DNA of 64,000 nt from an uncultured Planctomycetota bacterium. Its GTDB lineage: Bacteria > Planctomycetota > Planctomycetia > Isosphaerales > Isosphaeraceae. This document shows positions 31,001-40,205 of this stretch, piece by piece; position 1 is the first letter of the stretch; every line of letters begins with the position of its first letter. Both the position numbers and the translations under genes were made by a program. Under the pieces are notes generated by a model that did not search any database, had not been told where the DNA came from, and saw only the letters and a program-made list of their open reading frames with translations. The stretch spans positions 5,568,001 to 5,632,000 of the forward strand of contig CAVTTN010000002.1 in NCBI GenBank assembly GCA_963737655.1, read 5' to 3'.

Positions 31001-32297
31001 CCTGGAACGGTACAACTGCCGAGGCTGCCACGTCCTGGCCATGCCGAAGTACACCGTCGCCCTCGGCACGAAGGCGACCGAAGCGTTCCCGGATTTCCGC
31101 ACGAACGTGGACGGCTCGTACACCAACCGCTCGAAGGACTACCTGTCCTTCTACTCGAAGGCGAATCCCGAGTTCGCCGCGGTCGGCGGGCTCACCTATG
31201 ACGAGAAGATCAAGAACGTGGTCCTCCAGGAGGACCTCAAGACCAGGGACGGCAAGCTCGTCGATCCCGACGGCCAGGCGGTCGATCCCAAGGCGACCCT
31301 GATCGTCTCCGACGAGAAGGACGGCCAGCCGGTCACGATCGAGGGGATGCCCAAGGGGGTCCTGGAAGACGAGGACGCCTCGGGCAAGCCGGTCAAGAAG
31401 GTGATCGTCCAGTTGTGGAAGCCGGTGACGATCCGGGGCTACACCTTCAACGTGGGGGACACCCTCCAGGTCAACCCGGACCGCGTGACCACGGCCCGGG
31501 CCGAGGGGGGCGACTTCGCCTGGCTCTACTCGATCACGATGGCCGAGAAGTCGGGCGCCCAGGTCGATCAGCTCTGGAACCGCTTGCCACCGCCCCTGTT
31601 GCGCGAGGGGAAGAAGGTCCAGACGCCCTGGCTGACGTCGTTCCTCCAGGACCCCTACGCGATCCGCCCGGCCGCCCAGTTGCGGATGCCCCGGTTCCAC
31701 TACGGCTCCACGGCCGAAGAGGTTTCCGAGGAGAGGCCGACCTCCGAAGGCTCGAAGGCCCGCGAGGAGGCCCGGGGCGAGACCCGCGACATCGCCAACT
31801 ACTTCGCCGGCCGCGACGGCGCCGAGTTCCCGTACCAGGCGATCCCCGAGCGCGAGCAGGCCTACCTGGAGGCCGAGGAGAAGGCCCACAAGGATTATCT
31901 GAACGGCGGCTGGCAGATTATCACCAAAGGGCTGTGCGTCCAGTGCCACGCCATCGGCTCGTACAAGCCGGCCGGCGGGGCGCAGAACGTCAACGGGCCG
32001 GACCTCAAGCAGGTCTCCGGCCGGTTCCGCCCGGGGTATCTGTACGAATGGCTGGCCCAGCCGGCGCGACTGGTGCCCTACACGGCCATGCCGCAGAACA
32101 TCCCGCCCCGGGGCGACCAGCCGCCGGGCGTCCCGGACAACTTCAAGGGCCAGCCCCAGGCGCAGGTCAAGGCGATGAGGGACACGCTCCTGAACTATGT
32201 GACGGCCCAGGAGCAGCAGCTCGCCGGGGCCAAGCCGGCCGAGCCCGCCAAGGCCGCCGAGCCTCCCAAGGAGAAGGCGGGCGGCGGCCAGGACTAG
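28059..32297 (+). CDS. Membrane-anchored octaheme cytochrome c of the bc complex
   Basis: N-terminal TM and coiled coil; eight CxxCH motifs (CTTCH, CTICH, CLKCH, CTGCH, CMACH, CFGCH, CRGCH, CVQCH); repeated GP.L...W..NP....MP class-I cytochrome c signatures. Confidence 0.92.
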   Translation: MPATEETFRKQSTLHLVFAVSSIAMTAVTIWMIMADHLRPWKNVQRDFQKIETAKLKANEDQKLQEQQENSSAQIEAIDKKVEALDALAATNARKIANIDAEIAKLGGTRERLDTERKFQKAGLDSLRSFYDGMIDRNERPRANDFLAGTIVPSERTFETIVRDYEAAVRDLDRKKLDRGLLAAEVVEVADTPPPGTPAAVAGFKKGDTLPVAEFEKLRNEAEAAIAPPKGQPAREANVSVTVLRSTVTKGADGKPEITTKSVPLTLNVKPGALAKDDQNRAGGFETIGLPVTAVTSEVLKKKREDLTRDRDRVARALAQKQAQYGEGSGFGGFLNRSLATLRGLPIIDLAAPPTKIQQISLPELLINYNFKEVPRYDRCTTCHLGIDRPGYDKTADGQPMPAVFHTHPHLKDGARAPDARGNIVTVGLYLDSDGPHKINSFGCTICHGGQGSGTSFTYASHEPDDLHEKEVWEKKYDWTEMHHWDEPMLPTRFLQSSCLKCHHQVTDLNDEQAPKLLAGYQRITKYGCTGCHTIGGEGSFGPDLTDNRQVGPNLKHLGSKVTKDWALKWIKNPHAFRPDTRMPRFYEVSNNEAPEDRPKVHAEIHAMAHYLFAVSTPPKEFVDPPVEGHAEKGKDLFFSKGCMACHSHKEYAPDGLPAGAQPFASSNFGPNLSNIAAKFDPKTGFKWLANWIKNPEAYHPKSLMPNLQLSWEDSADIAAWLLSVKPDSVPARWSEGEFQVPPVDSEEVKAGLDELVKLYLGKSKTYKRRTVLLSEVDKTVAEMSLDDKLTYVGEKTISRLGCFGCHNITGYESAKPIGTPLNGWGIKSPSKLDFGHIAEYLEENRTLKDPAGTAGPAAHDDLPRKGRAHAVVGGEGDGEKVADYDGTDEYYKEKIDDHTRMGFLYQKLHRPRSYDAGKNNPDLKSWDDRLRMPQFVWANDPKAVEEVMTFVLGLTGERIPAKYLPRYNPTTTAVAKGERLLERYNCRGCHVLAMPKYTVALGTKATEAFPDFRTNVDGSYTNRSKDYLSFYSKANPEFAAVGGLTYDEKIKNVVLQEDLKTRDGKLVDPDGQAVDPKATLIVSDEKDGQPVTIEGMPKGVLEDEDASGKPVKKVIVQLWKPVTIRGYTFNVGDTLQVNPDRVTTARAEGGDFAWLYSITMAEKSGAQVDQLWNRLPPPLLREGKKVQTPWLTSFLQDPYAIRPAAQLRMPRFHYGSTAEEVSEERPTSEGSKAREEARGETRDIANYFAGRDGAEFPYQAIPEREQAYLEAEEKAHKDYLNGGWQIITKGLCVQCHAIGSYKPAGGAQNVNGPDLKQVSGRFRPGYLYEWLAQPARLVPYTAMPQNIPPRGDQPPGVPDNFKGQPQAQVKAMRDTLLNYVTAQEQQLAGAKPAEPAKAAEPPKEKAGGGQD

Positions 32298-32320
32298 AAT
32301 CGGAGCGGAGGACTCGTTCG

Positions 32321-32659
32321 ATGCGAGCTCGTCGTCGGACCGTCGCGATCCTCGGCCTGGCCGTCCTCCTCGCGATGACGGCCCTGGTCGTCCTGATTCC
32401 CTCTCGGGGCCGTCGCCGGGGCTTCCTGGCGATGGCGCCGAGCCCGGCCTGCGGCAAGAACTCGCTGGTCCGGGTCGCGGCCCCCCACCTCGGCCCGATC
32501 GGCGAGTTCCTCCTGGAAAAGGACTGCGGGGGCTGCCACGCCGGGACGGCGGCCTTGCCGGCCCCCGCCGCCCTGCCGCCGTCTCCCTGCGCCACCGGCC
32601 TCCGCGCCGGCTCGACGAACTGCCGCAAGTGTCACGCGGGGACGGGCCAGCAAAGTTAG
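32321..32659 (+). CDS. Small membrane-anchored diheme cytochrome c-like protein
   Basis: GGAGG RBS; N-terminal TM; CGGCH and CRKCH. Confidence 0.6.
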   Translation: MRARRRTVAILGLAVLLAMTALVVLIPSRGRRRGFLAMAPSPACGKNSLVRVAAPHLGPIGEFLLEKDCGGCHAGTAALPAPAALPPSPCATGLRAGSTNCRKCHAGTGQQS

Positions 32660-32698
32660 AGCGGCTTACGGACGGATTGGGCACGACGGGTCTCTCTC

Positions 32699-32757
32699 GT
32701 AGGGCAGGCCCTGGCCTGCCGAGACCCGCGAAGACGGCAGGCCGAGGCCTGCCCTAC
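32699..32757. repeat. REPIN family A
   Basis: GTAGGGCAGGCCCTGGCCTGCC (32699-32720) and inverted GGCAGGCCGAGGCCTGCCCTAC (32736-32757). Confidence 0.85.
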
Positions 32758-32904
32758 GGCCGCGCGATCCGAACGAGATCCGCTCCGAGCGTTGCAGGGC
32801 GGCCCGACCAGGGACCGTCCTCGGATCGCCGTCGAGTGATCGAAACGCCCGCTCGCGCCGATATACCCTTCGGAGAACAGGACTCCGCAGGAGGTGGAGC
32901 GGCC

Positions 32905-33375
32905 ATGATCAGGCGATGGATCGCGGTTCCGGTCGGCCTGGCCGCCACGTGCGGCTGTGCGATCACGGACCGGCTGGACGTGACCAATCACCGGCTGGGC
33001 GTCGTGAACACCCAGTTGAACGAGACGAACGCTCGCCTGGGCGACGCCCAGGCGAAGCTGGTCGAGGCCAATCAGCGACTGGCCGACGCCCAGAACAAGC
33101 TGAATCTGGCCGACCAGAAGCTCGATTCCGCGCTGGACCGGCTCGACGCCACCAACGCGAAGCTCGACCAGACCAATCAGAAGCTCGACCAGACCAACAC
33201 CAAGCTCGACTCGACCAATTCGAGCCTGGGCCAGACCAATACCAAGCTCGACTCGACCAACCGGAGCCTGGGGCAGACCAACACGAAGCTGGACGAAGCC
33301 AACCGTCAAATCGGCGTGCTCGACCAGGCGATCCAGAGGATTCCGGGCCTGAAGGTCGATCCGGGGAAGGAGTGA
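32905..33375 (+). CDS. Putative lipoprotein with long heptad-repeat coiled coil
   Basis: AGGAGG upstream; lipobox-like AATCGC; tandem TNxKLD/TNxSLG heptads. Confidence 0.75.
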   Translation: MIRRWIAVPVGLAATCGCAITDRLDVTNHRLGVVNTQLNETNARLGDAQAKLVEANQRLADAQNKLNLADQKLDSALDRLDATNAKLDQTNQKLDQTNTKLDSTNSSLGQTNTKLDSTNRSLGQTNTKLDEANRQIGVLDQAIQRIPGLKVDPGKE

Positions 33376-33397
33376 TGGCCGGGGCCCCGGCCCGGCC

Positions 33398-33886
33398 TCA
33401 CGAGAGCGGGCCGGTCAGGGCCGTGTCGAGGTCCCAGGGGCAGTCGGTCGGGAAGGTCTCGACGGCCGGGCCCGTCTCATCGGCCGCCTGGAGCCGGGCG
33501 TCGGCGAAAATGTCGGCCCAGACCTCCTCGGCATGGTTGCGGAGGGTCCGGCTGTCCAGGATCAGGCGAAGTTCCCGCCTCTGCTCCCGGATCGTGGCCC
33601 GCCAGGAGCCTCCCGAGCGTTCCGGCTGGTGCCCCGCCTTGAGGAGATGGATCAGGAGGACGACCAGACGGCTCACCACCTCGCGCCGATCTCGTTGGGC
33701 CATGGACTCCAGGTACTCGCTCAGGTTCGGTCCATCGAGCTCCTCAAGCCGCCCCTCGGCCGCGAGAGTCGCCATCAACTCCAGCCAGGCCGTCTCATCG
33801 GTCTCGTAGAGGAGGTCGAGCTTTCGGCCGTCGGCGGTCGCCATCGGGAAGGGCCCCATCCCTCGGAAGTCGCGATCTCGACTCAC
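33398..33886 (-). CDS. DUF29 family protein
   Basis: LYETD..AW, LSEYLESM...DRREVVSRL..LL.HLLK, SWRATIREQR, FP..CPW. Confidence 0.88.
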   Translation of the reverse strand: MSRDRDFRGMGPFPMATADGRKLDLLYETDETAWLELMATLAAEGRLEELDGPNLSEYLESMAQRDRREVVSRLVVLLIHLLKAGHQPERSGGSWRATIREQRRELRLILDSRTLRNHAEEVWADIFADARLQAADETGPAVETFPTDCPWDLDTALTGPLS

Positions 33887-33887
33887 C

Positions 33888-34826
33888 TTACCTCGCCCCG
33901 ACGAGCTCGCCGGAGGCCGGGTCGAGCTGGCCGGTCAGGACGCCCAGGGCGATCTGGATCGGGTCGAGCAGGTGGAGGTACGCCTTCGATGGGTCGTACC
34001 GCTCGATCTGGAACAATTCGATGCCGACGAAATGCTCCTCCGAGCGGCTCCCCCGGCCGGGCAGGGTGTGGCCCTCGGACCACTCGCGGGCCAGGGCGGC
34101 GTAGGCTCGGCCCAGGTGGGAGCAGAATTCGAAGTAGTCCGTGAGGATCAATTGCGAGGCGTGGCAGTGAATGGCCCACTGCTTGGCCCGTTCGCTCTCG
34201 GCGTCATAGGGGAAATAGGCGTTCGGGCGAGGCAACGGACCCCAGGGGGTCCAGCCGGTCAGGACCAGGGTATCGGCCAGGTGGGCGCCGAGGAGGCCGA
34301 GGGCGGCCAATGCGCGGGTCATCCGGTGGGCCAGGTGGGCGTCGGTGGCCGGGGGGACGATCAGGGCCCCGGGCCGCTTGGCCTGGAACCACTCGACGAT
34401 CTTGTCGATGTCGCGCGACGAGGGCCGATAGCCGGGGGACCGGTAGGCGTCCAGGTCCCAGCAGACGGCGTCGGCCCCCAGGACCTCGCATTCCAGGCGG
34501 AACTCGCTCTCGCGGACCGAGACCTTCTTCTTGTCGTTCAGCCAGGGGGCGTCGACGTTCCTCTCGCCGGTGAAGACCAGGACCTCGATGACGGGCAGGC
34601 CGCGCTTCACGGCATATTCATGGAGCAGGCAGGCGGCGGTGATGGCGCCGTCGTCGGCGTGGGGGCAGAGCATCACCAGCGGGCGGTCCGCCGAGATCGT
34701 CTTGCGGAGGGCGTCGCGGACGTCGACGAGCTGGCCGTGGGCCCCGCTGTCCTCGACGGTGCGGAGCAGGCCCTCGAAGACCGGCTGCCACCGGGCGCAA
34801 CCCGACGGCCCGAGCAGTGGTTCCAT
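33888..34826 (-). CDS. PIG-L/LmbE family deacetylase
   Basis: PHADDG, R..E, DAHLAH, K..AI.CHASQ. Confidence 0.85.
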   Translation of the reverse strand: MEPLLGPSGCARWQPVFEGLLRTVEDSGAHGQLVDVRDALRKTISADRPLVMLCPHADDGAITAACLLHEYAVKRGLPVIEVLVFTGERNVDAPWLNDKKKVSVRESEFRLECEVLGADAVCWDLDAYRSPGYRPSSRDIDKIVEWFQAKRPGALIVPPATDAHLAHRMTRALAALGLLGAHLADTLVLTGWTPWGPLPRPNAYFPYDAESERAKQWAIHCHASQLILTDYFEFCSHLGRAYAALAREWSEGHTLPGRGSRSEEHFVGIELFQIERYDPSKAYLHLLDPIQIALGVLTGQLDPASGELVGAR

Positions 34827-35057
34827 GGGAGAGGAAGCTCCGGGCGGACGATTCGGAGGCGGGGGGTCGCGAACGATCCGGGGCCCGGCCCAACCGTCGG
34901 CAACCGGCGAGGGGGGAGGCGCCGAGCGTCGCTCCCTTATTGTTCAGGGTCGGCCCCGGCTCGTCAACTCGCAATCCCTTCGTTCTCGATCGGCCGCGGC
35001 CGGATCGCTCGGAAGGTCGTTTCGTGACGATCCCCCGATCCGACCCACCCTCCCACC

Positions 35058-36443
35058 TCAAAACTTCTTCGGCTTCGGCTTCGGCGGCGAGACGACCGCC
35101 TGGATCGCCGAGGGCGCCACCGGCGAGTCCTCGGGCCCGAACCCGTCGGGCAGGCGGTCGAGGTACGGCCCGATCAGCTCGCCCAGCCTCTGGACCGGTC
35201 GGCCATGCTCGGCCTCGAACAGCCGTTGGGCCATCGATAGCGCCAGGATGTTCAGCAACGGCCCGTCGCCGTCGATCGTCCTCAGCCCCGAGTCGATGGC
35301 CGGCATCAGGGACCGGAAGATCATGGTCTTCTCGGACCAGCGGTCCAGGGCCTCGGGCGACAGGGCCCGGGCCTTCGCCGGGGCGTCGGGGCCGAGCCGG
35401 TAGAACGTGAAGAGCGTCCCGGCCGCCTTCGCCCGGTTCGCCGGGGTCTCGTCGCAGGCGGCCAGCCAGTTCGCGAACGTCAACCGGCCGAGCCGTCTCG
35501 ACCGCTCGGGCTCGCGGTCCAGGAAGTCGGTCAGTCGGAAATAGCCCGGCAGTTGCCGATACCAGACCGGGTCCTGCTCCCTCTGCCTGTCCAGCCAGTC
35601 CATCGGCCGATCCAGGAAGTGGAGGAACGCCAGATATTCGATTCGGAACATTTCCGAATTCGGCCGGGACATCCGCCGGGCCTCCTTCACGTCGGCCAGG
35701 GCCCGGCGGAGCAGGTCCGGGCCGACCCTCGGGTCGTTGGCCCACGCTTCCATCGGCCCGGCGCCGATTTTCAGGATGACCGAGCCGATCAGGCGGTGAA
35801 TCATCGTCCCGTGAGTCCCGCAGAGGCGGCTGGCCCTCAAGACCGTCCGATACCGCGCCCACGCCCCGGCCGCGTCCCCCTCGGCCATCCTCCGAGAGGC
35901 GTCCATCAGGGCCAATCGAGCAAGCGGGCGGAGTTCCTGGAGGGTCTTCAGGGGGGTCTCCACCGCGATCTCCTCGGGCCGGACGTCCAGCGCGTCGGGC
36001 CGGTCGGCCCCCTCCTCGAACAGGTCCAGGACCTCGCCGCAACGGGCCAGCCAGCGCCTCTCCTCGGGCGTGGCCTTGGACCAGTCGGGGCCGTAGGGGA
36101 GCCTCAGCGCCACCGTCTTCTTGTAATTCTCATCTTCCAGTGCCTTCATGCGTTCCCCGGCCTTCGCGAACGGGACGAAGGCGTTGCGGTCGTCGGGGAC
36201 CTGGACCGACATGACCTCCTGAACATCGAACGGGTCGCCGATGTCGGGCAGGTCGCGGAGGCTCATGGCCCTCCAGGCCAGGAGCGCCCCGACGGTCGCG
36301 ACCAGGCCATAGACCAGCAGCAATCCCAGCCTCTTCCGCCCCCGGGCCCTCTCCAGCCAGACCGCCGGGGCCAGGACCACGCGGACCGGCATCGGCAGGG
36401 GGCGGCGGGGCGGCGGATTCGTCGCGGTCGTCGTCCTCGTCAT
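35058..36443 (-). CDS. Uncharacterised membrane-anchored helical protein (planctomycete-type family)
   Basis: TM, then LPDIGDPFD...NAF, GD..GAW...LRASR..G, and C-terminal P..L.EL.GPYLDRLPD; similar to 56758..58664. Confidence 0.7.
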   Translation of the reverse strand: MTRTTTATNPPPRRPLPMPVRVVLAPAVWLERARGRKRLGLLLVYGLVATVGALLAWRAMSLRDLPDIGDPFDVQEVMSVQVPDDRNAFVPFAKAGERMKALEDENYKKTVALRLPYGPDWSKATPEERRWLARCGEVLDLFEEGADRPDALDVRPEEIAVETPLKTLQELRPLARLALMDASRRMAEGDAAGAWARYRTVLRASRLCGTHGTMIHRLIGSVILKIGAGPMEAWANDPRVGPDLLRRALADVKEARRMSRPNSEMFRIEYLAFLHFLDRPMDWLDRQREQDPVWYRQLPGYFRLTDFLDREPERSRRLGRLTFANWLAACDETPANRAKAAGTLFTFYRLGPDAPAKARALSPEALDRWSEKTMIFRSLMPAIDSGLRTIDGDGPLLNILALSMAQRLFEAEHGRPVQRLGELIGPYLDRLPDGFGPEDSPVAPSAIQAVVSPPKPKPKKF

Positions 36444-36729
36444 CTCGGGCGCTCCCGGTCCCCCCTTCTCGAAACGTCTCCGCATGATACGACAGATGTC
36501 CGACGCCCGTCCAGGGACGATCCGGGACTCGATCGAGACGCCTTCCTCCGCGCCTTTTCCACACACCATCGCGTCCGCCGCGCCGGTCCGATCGGGGAAT
36601 CGTCGAGTTCCCCAAGAAATCTCGGGAGGGGTGATCGCCGGAGGGGTCCGGTCGCGATGGTATCCGTCGGGGGCGGGAACCGCCCGGGACGACGAGGACC
36701 AGGCCAGGGCCGGACGAGCGGGGGATTCC

Positions 36730-37985
36730 ATGTCGATCGAGCGGGTGCCGGGGAGCGGTCTTGCGTATCATCTGGTCGCCTTCGACGCCATGGGCGTCGA
36801 GAGGGACGAGCCCGAGGGCCCTCTCGGCGGCACCCGGGCCGTCGAGGAGGCGAGATCGGGCGCGATTAGCGATGTTTTCGTGTTCACTCACGGCTGGATG
36901 GGGGACGTCCCGGGGGCGAAAGAGCAGGCCATCGCCTGGATCGGCGCGATGGCGGCCTGCCCGGCGGACCTGGCGGCCCTCGATCGGGCCCGCAAGGGCT
37001 TCCGCCCCCTGACCGTCTGCCTCCACTGGCCGAGCCTGCCCTGGGGCGATGAGGCGCTGGGCCTTCCCTCGGGCGGGATCGCCGACACCCCGGCCTCCCG
37101 AGACGCCCTGGCCATGATCCGCCGAGCGGCCCTGGTCGATCCCTCGCCCCACAGGCTCCCGGCCGAGGTCGTCGAGGCGTACCGGGTGCTCGATCGCGAG
37201 GGCGGGCTCGGCGCCGACGGGCCCGGAGCGGCCCCGGGCGACGACCGCGACCCGTTCGACCCCGAGGCGATCCACGCCGTCGGCCTGCCCCCGGTCCTCG
37301 CCTGCAACCCCATGTGCGGCAATGCGTTGCAATCGCTCTTGCTGCCCCTCCAGGTGCTCTCGTTCTGGGCCATGAAGGCCCGGGCCCGGGCCGTCGGCGA
37401 AGGGGGCGCCGGGGCCTTGCTCGCGAGCCTCCAGCAGGCCGCCCCCGGCGCGAGGTTCCACCTGATGGGCCACAGCTTCGGCGGGATCGTCGTCGCCTCG
37501 ATGCTCCTGGGACGGCGGTGGCCGACCCGGCCGGTCCAGTCGCTGGCGATCCTCCAGGGGGCGATGTCCTCCTGGTCGTTCGGCCGGGCGATCCCCGGCG
37601 AGCCCGGCCGCTCGGGGTTCTTCCACGAGGTCGTGGCGGGCGAGAAGGTGATCGGGCCGATCCTCACGAGCCGGTCCTCGCACGACCGGGCCGTCGGCAC
37701 GTGGTATCCCCTGGCCGCCGGGGCCGCCCGCCAGGTGGATTTCGCCCCCGGGGCCCCAGGTTCGCCGCCCTCGGCGCGTTCGGCGCCCTGGGCGACGGCC
37801 TCGACCCGATCGACCTGCCCCTCGCCCCGCCCGACTCCTTGTATCGCTTCACGCCCGGACGCATCGTCAACCTCGAATCGAGCCGATACATCGCCACCAT
37901 GTCCGACCCCGTGATCGGCGCCCACTCGGACATCGCCCGGCCCGAGGTCGCCCACGCCGTCTGGTCGGCGGCCGCCGTCGGCTGA
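36730..37985 (+). CDS. Alpha/beta-hydrolase-fold protein (frameshift near 37765)
   Basis: FTHGW oxyanion motif, GHSFG nucleophile elbow, DRAVG, C-terminal GAHSDI in the shifted frame. Confidence 0.8.
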
Positions 37986-38240
37986 CCGCCGCCCGCCCGG
38001 TCCTCATCATCGGGACCGCGCCCCCTCGCCGATCTCCCCAAATCGCCGGGCCGCCCCCGGGGCGTGACACACGCATGTCACCCCAGAAGGCGGGACGTGC
38101 GCGGCCCCGGGCACTTTGCGCCCCGAATCGCTCCACGGCCCCCGCGCAGCATCGGCTTTCCTTCCAACGAGTTGCGCTTTTGCGATCGACGAATTCTCGA
38201 ATGCTGGCAAATCCGCGCGCACGAGTCGCTGCCATGCAGG

Positions 38241-38342
38241 AAACCCCGGTTTTTCCAGGCTCAAACCCCGGTTTGCGATGCAAAGTGTTGTACACTTAAC
38301 CGGGCCATGGAATTCTGACCTCTAAAGTATCACATTTTTGAA
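38241..38342. promoter_or_regulatory. AT-rich regulatory region with direct and inverted repeats
   Basis: AAACCCCGGTTT at 38241 and 38263 (22-bp period); palindrome AAGTGT-N3-ACACTT at 38283-38297. Confidence 0.45.
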
Positions 38343-38670
38343 AGCGCGTGCATCCGAAGGTTTCGGGACGGGAAAATGATCGAGGGTTGCGATTTCCTGG
38401 ATTGGTCCCGGCGCGATCGCCCCGCGACGCATGCATCCACGACGGGGCGCACGTTGCGTCCCGGGGGCGATTGACCGGCGGCCCTCGATCCTGGGAGAAT
38501 CCGTCGGGATCGCGCTCCGGGCGGCGGACGGATGACGCTCTACTCCTCATGGGGCGCCCGCCGGATCGGGGGCGGGCGGCCTTTCGCGGCGACGTGGCCG
38601 CCTCGCGACCCCTTTGCCCTTCGCCCCCTCACGTCTTCACGACCCGATGGCACTTCTCGGAGGAACCGCC

Positions 38671-39369
38671 ATGCCCCGCCACCGCTCGACCGCCGACCGC
38701 CGCGCCTTCCTCGGCGCCCTGGGCCTCTCGTTCTTCACCGTCAAGGGCCTCTTCGCCGAGGAGCTCGCCCTGACCCCCTCGCGGACCGAGGGGCCGTTCT
38801 ACCCCGACAAGCTCCCGCTCGATACGGATAATGACCTGATCATTATTAATGACGGCATCACCCCGGCCGTCGGCGAGATCACCCACCTCTCGGGCCGCAT
38901 CCTCGACGCCAAGGGCTCGCCGATCCGCGACGCGACCATCGAGATCTGGCAGTGCGACGCCAACCAGGTCTACCTCCACTCGGCCGACAGCGAGTCGAAG
39001 AAGGACCAGCAGGACAAGCATTTCCAGGGCTTCGGCCGGTTCACCACCGGATCGACGGGCGCCTACTACTTCCGCACGATCAAGCCGGTGCCCTACCCCG
39101 GCCGCCCCGCGCCTCACATCCACTTCAAGGTGAAGAAGGGCGGCAAGGAGATCCTGACCTCGCAGATCAACATCGCCGGCCACCCGGGCAACGACGTCGA
39201 CGGCGTGGTCCGAGGCGGGATCGGCGTCTTCGACCGCGAGCTGCTCATGACCGAGTTCAAGCCGATGCCGGGCTCGAAGATCGGCGAGCTCGCCGCCAAG
39301 TTCGAGATCGTCCTCGGCAAGACGCCCGACGAGCGGCAGCTCCAGTCCAACCGCGTCGAGAACCGCTGA
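38671..39369 (+). CDS. Intradiol ring-cleavage dioxygenase-like protein with Tat-like signal
   Basis: RRAFL signal; TEGPFYP, IEIWQCDA..VY, FRTIKPVPY..R..PHIHFKV. Confidence 0.88.
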   Translation: MPRHRSTADRRAFLGALGLSFFTVKGLFAEELALTPSRTEGPFYPDKLPLDTDNDLIIINDGITPAVGEITHLSGRILDAKGSPIRDATIEIWQCDANQVYLHSADSESKKDQQDKHFQGFGRFTTGSTGAYYFRTIKPVPYPGRPAPHIHFKVKKGGKEILTSQINIAGHPGNDVDGVVRGGIGVFDRELLMTEFKPMPGSKIGELAAKFEIVLGKTPDERQLQSNRVENR

Positions 39370-39412
39370 GGGCCTGTCCGGTAGGGTCGACGATTCGCCG
39401 AGGAAGCCGGTC

Positions 39413-39480
39413 GGTCCGACTTCAGTCGGGCCTATCCCTCAAAAATTTCGGCTCGTAGGCCCGACTGAAGTCGCGCCTAC
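39413..39480. repeat. REP family B pair (GTAGGCCCGACTGAAGTCG...)
   Basis: Inverted copy 39413-39435 and forward copy 39455-39480; same family at 55945-56011. Confidence 0.8.
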
Positions 39481-39561
39481 TGGCGCCCCGGACACGGCGA
39501 CGAGGCGTTCCGGCCAGCCTCCGAGCCTCCTCTCAGAACAGATCACCAGGGAGACTTCTTC

Positions 39562-40191
39562 ATGAAGACGACATATCCGGGCCTGTTGGCCCTGGGATTG
39601 ATGCTCGCGCTTTCGCATTCCGCGGAGGCCCAGGGTCCGGGAGGCCCCGGGGGACCGGGAGGCCCCGGAGGCGGCTTCGGAGGGCCGTCCGTGGCCGACC
39701 TCGTGCCGAGGATGATGGCCTACGACGCCAACAAGGACGGCAAGCTCACCAGGGACGAGATCACCGACGAGCGGCTGACCCGCCTCTTCGCCAGGGCCGA
39801 CGCCAACAACGACGGCACCGTGACCGAGGACGAGCTCAAGGCCCTCGAAGCCAAGGACCGAGAGAACGACCGAGGAGGCTTCGGAGGTCCTGGAGGTCCC
39901 GGAGGTCCGGGAGGAGGCTTCGGGGGCCCGCCCCGACCCGGCGACATCCTCCCCATGATGATCAGGGGGAACCTGAACCTCTCGGAGGAGCAAATCAAGG
40001 AGCTCGACGCCCTCCAGAAGGACGTGGATGCCAAAATGGAAAAGATCCTCAATGATGAGCAAAAGGCCAAGCTCAAGCAAATGAGGAACCGAGGCCCCGG
40101 AATGGGAGGCCCCCGACCCGGAGGCCGTCCAGGAGGAGGAGGCCCCGGAGGACCGCCAGGAGGCGGCCCGCCCCGAGACGGCGGCCGTTGA
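39562..40191 (+). CDS. Exported EF-hand protein with Gly/Pro-rich linkers
   Basis: Signal peptide; DANKDGKLTRDE and DANNDGTVTEDE EF-hands; Spy/CpxP-like LNLSEEQ...ILNDEQ helices. Confidence 0.85.
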   Translation: MKTTYPGLLALGLMLALSHSAEAQGPGGPGGPGGPGGGFGGPSVADLVPRMMAYDANKDGKLTRDEITDERLTRLFARADANNDGTVTEDELKALEAKDRENDRGGFGGPGGPGGPGGGFGGPPRPGDILPMMIRGNLNLSEEQIKELDALQKDVDAKMEKILNDEQKAKLKQMRNRGPGMGGPRPGGRPGGGGPGGPPGGGPPRDGGR

Positions 40192-40205
40192 GGCAAGAAC
40201 CCAAC

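Noticed and set aside
26148..32684. 2178-aa minus-strand ORF
   Set aside because: Antisense shadow of the cytochrome genes; high GC3 suppresses stops and the translation has no domain motifs.
39630..40190. GGPGGP tandem DNA repeats as a repeat element
   Set aside because: Low-complexity coding linkers of the EF-hand protein.
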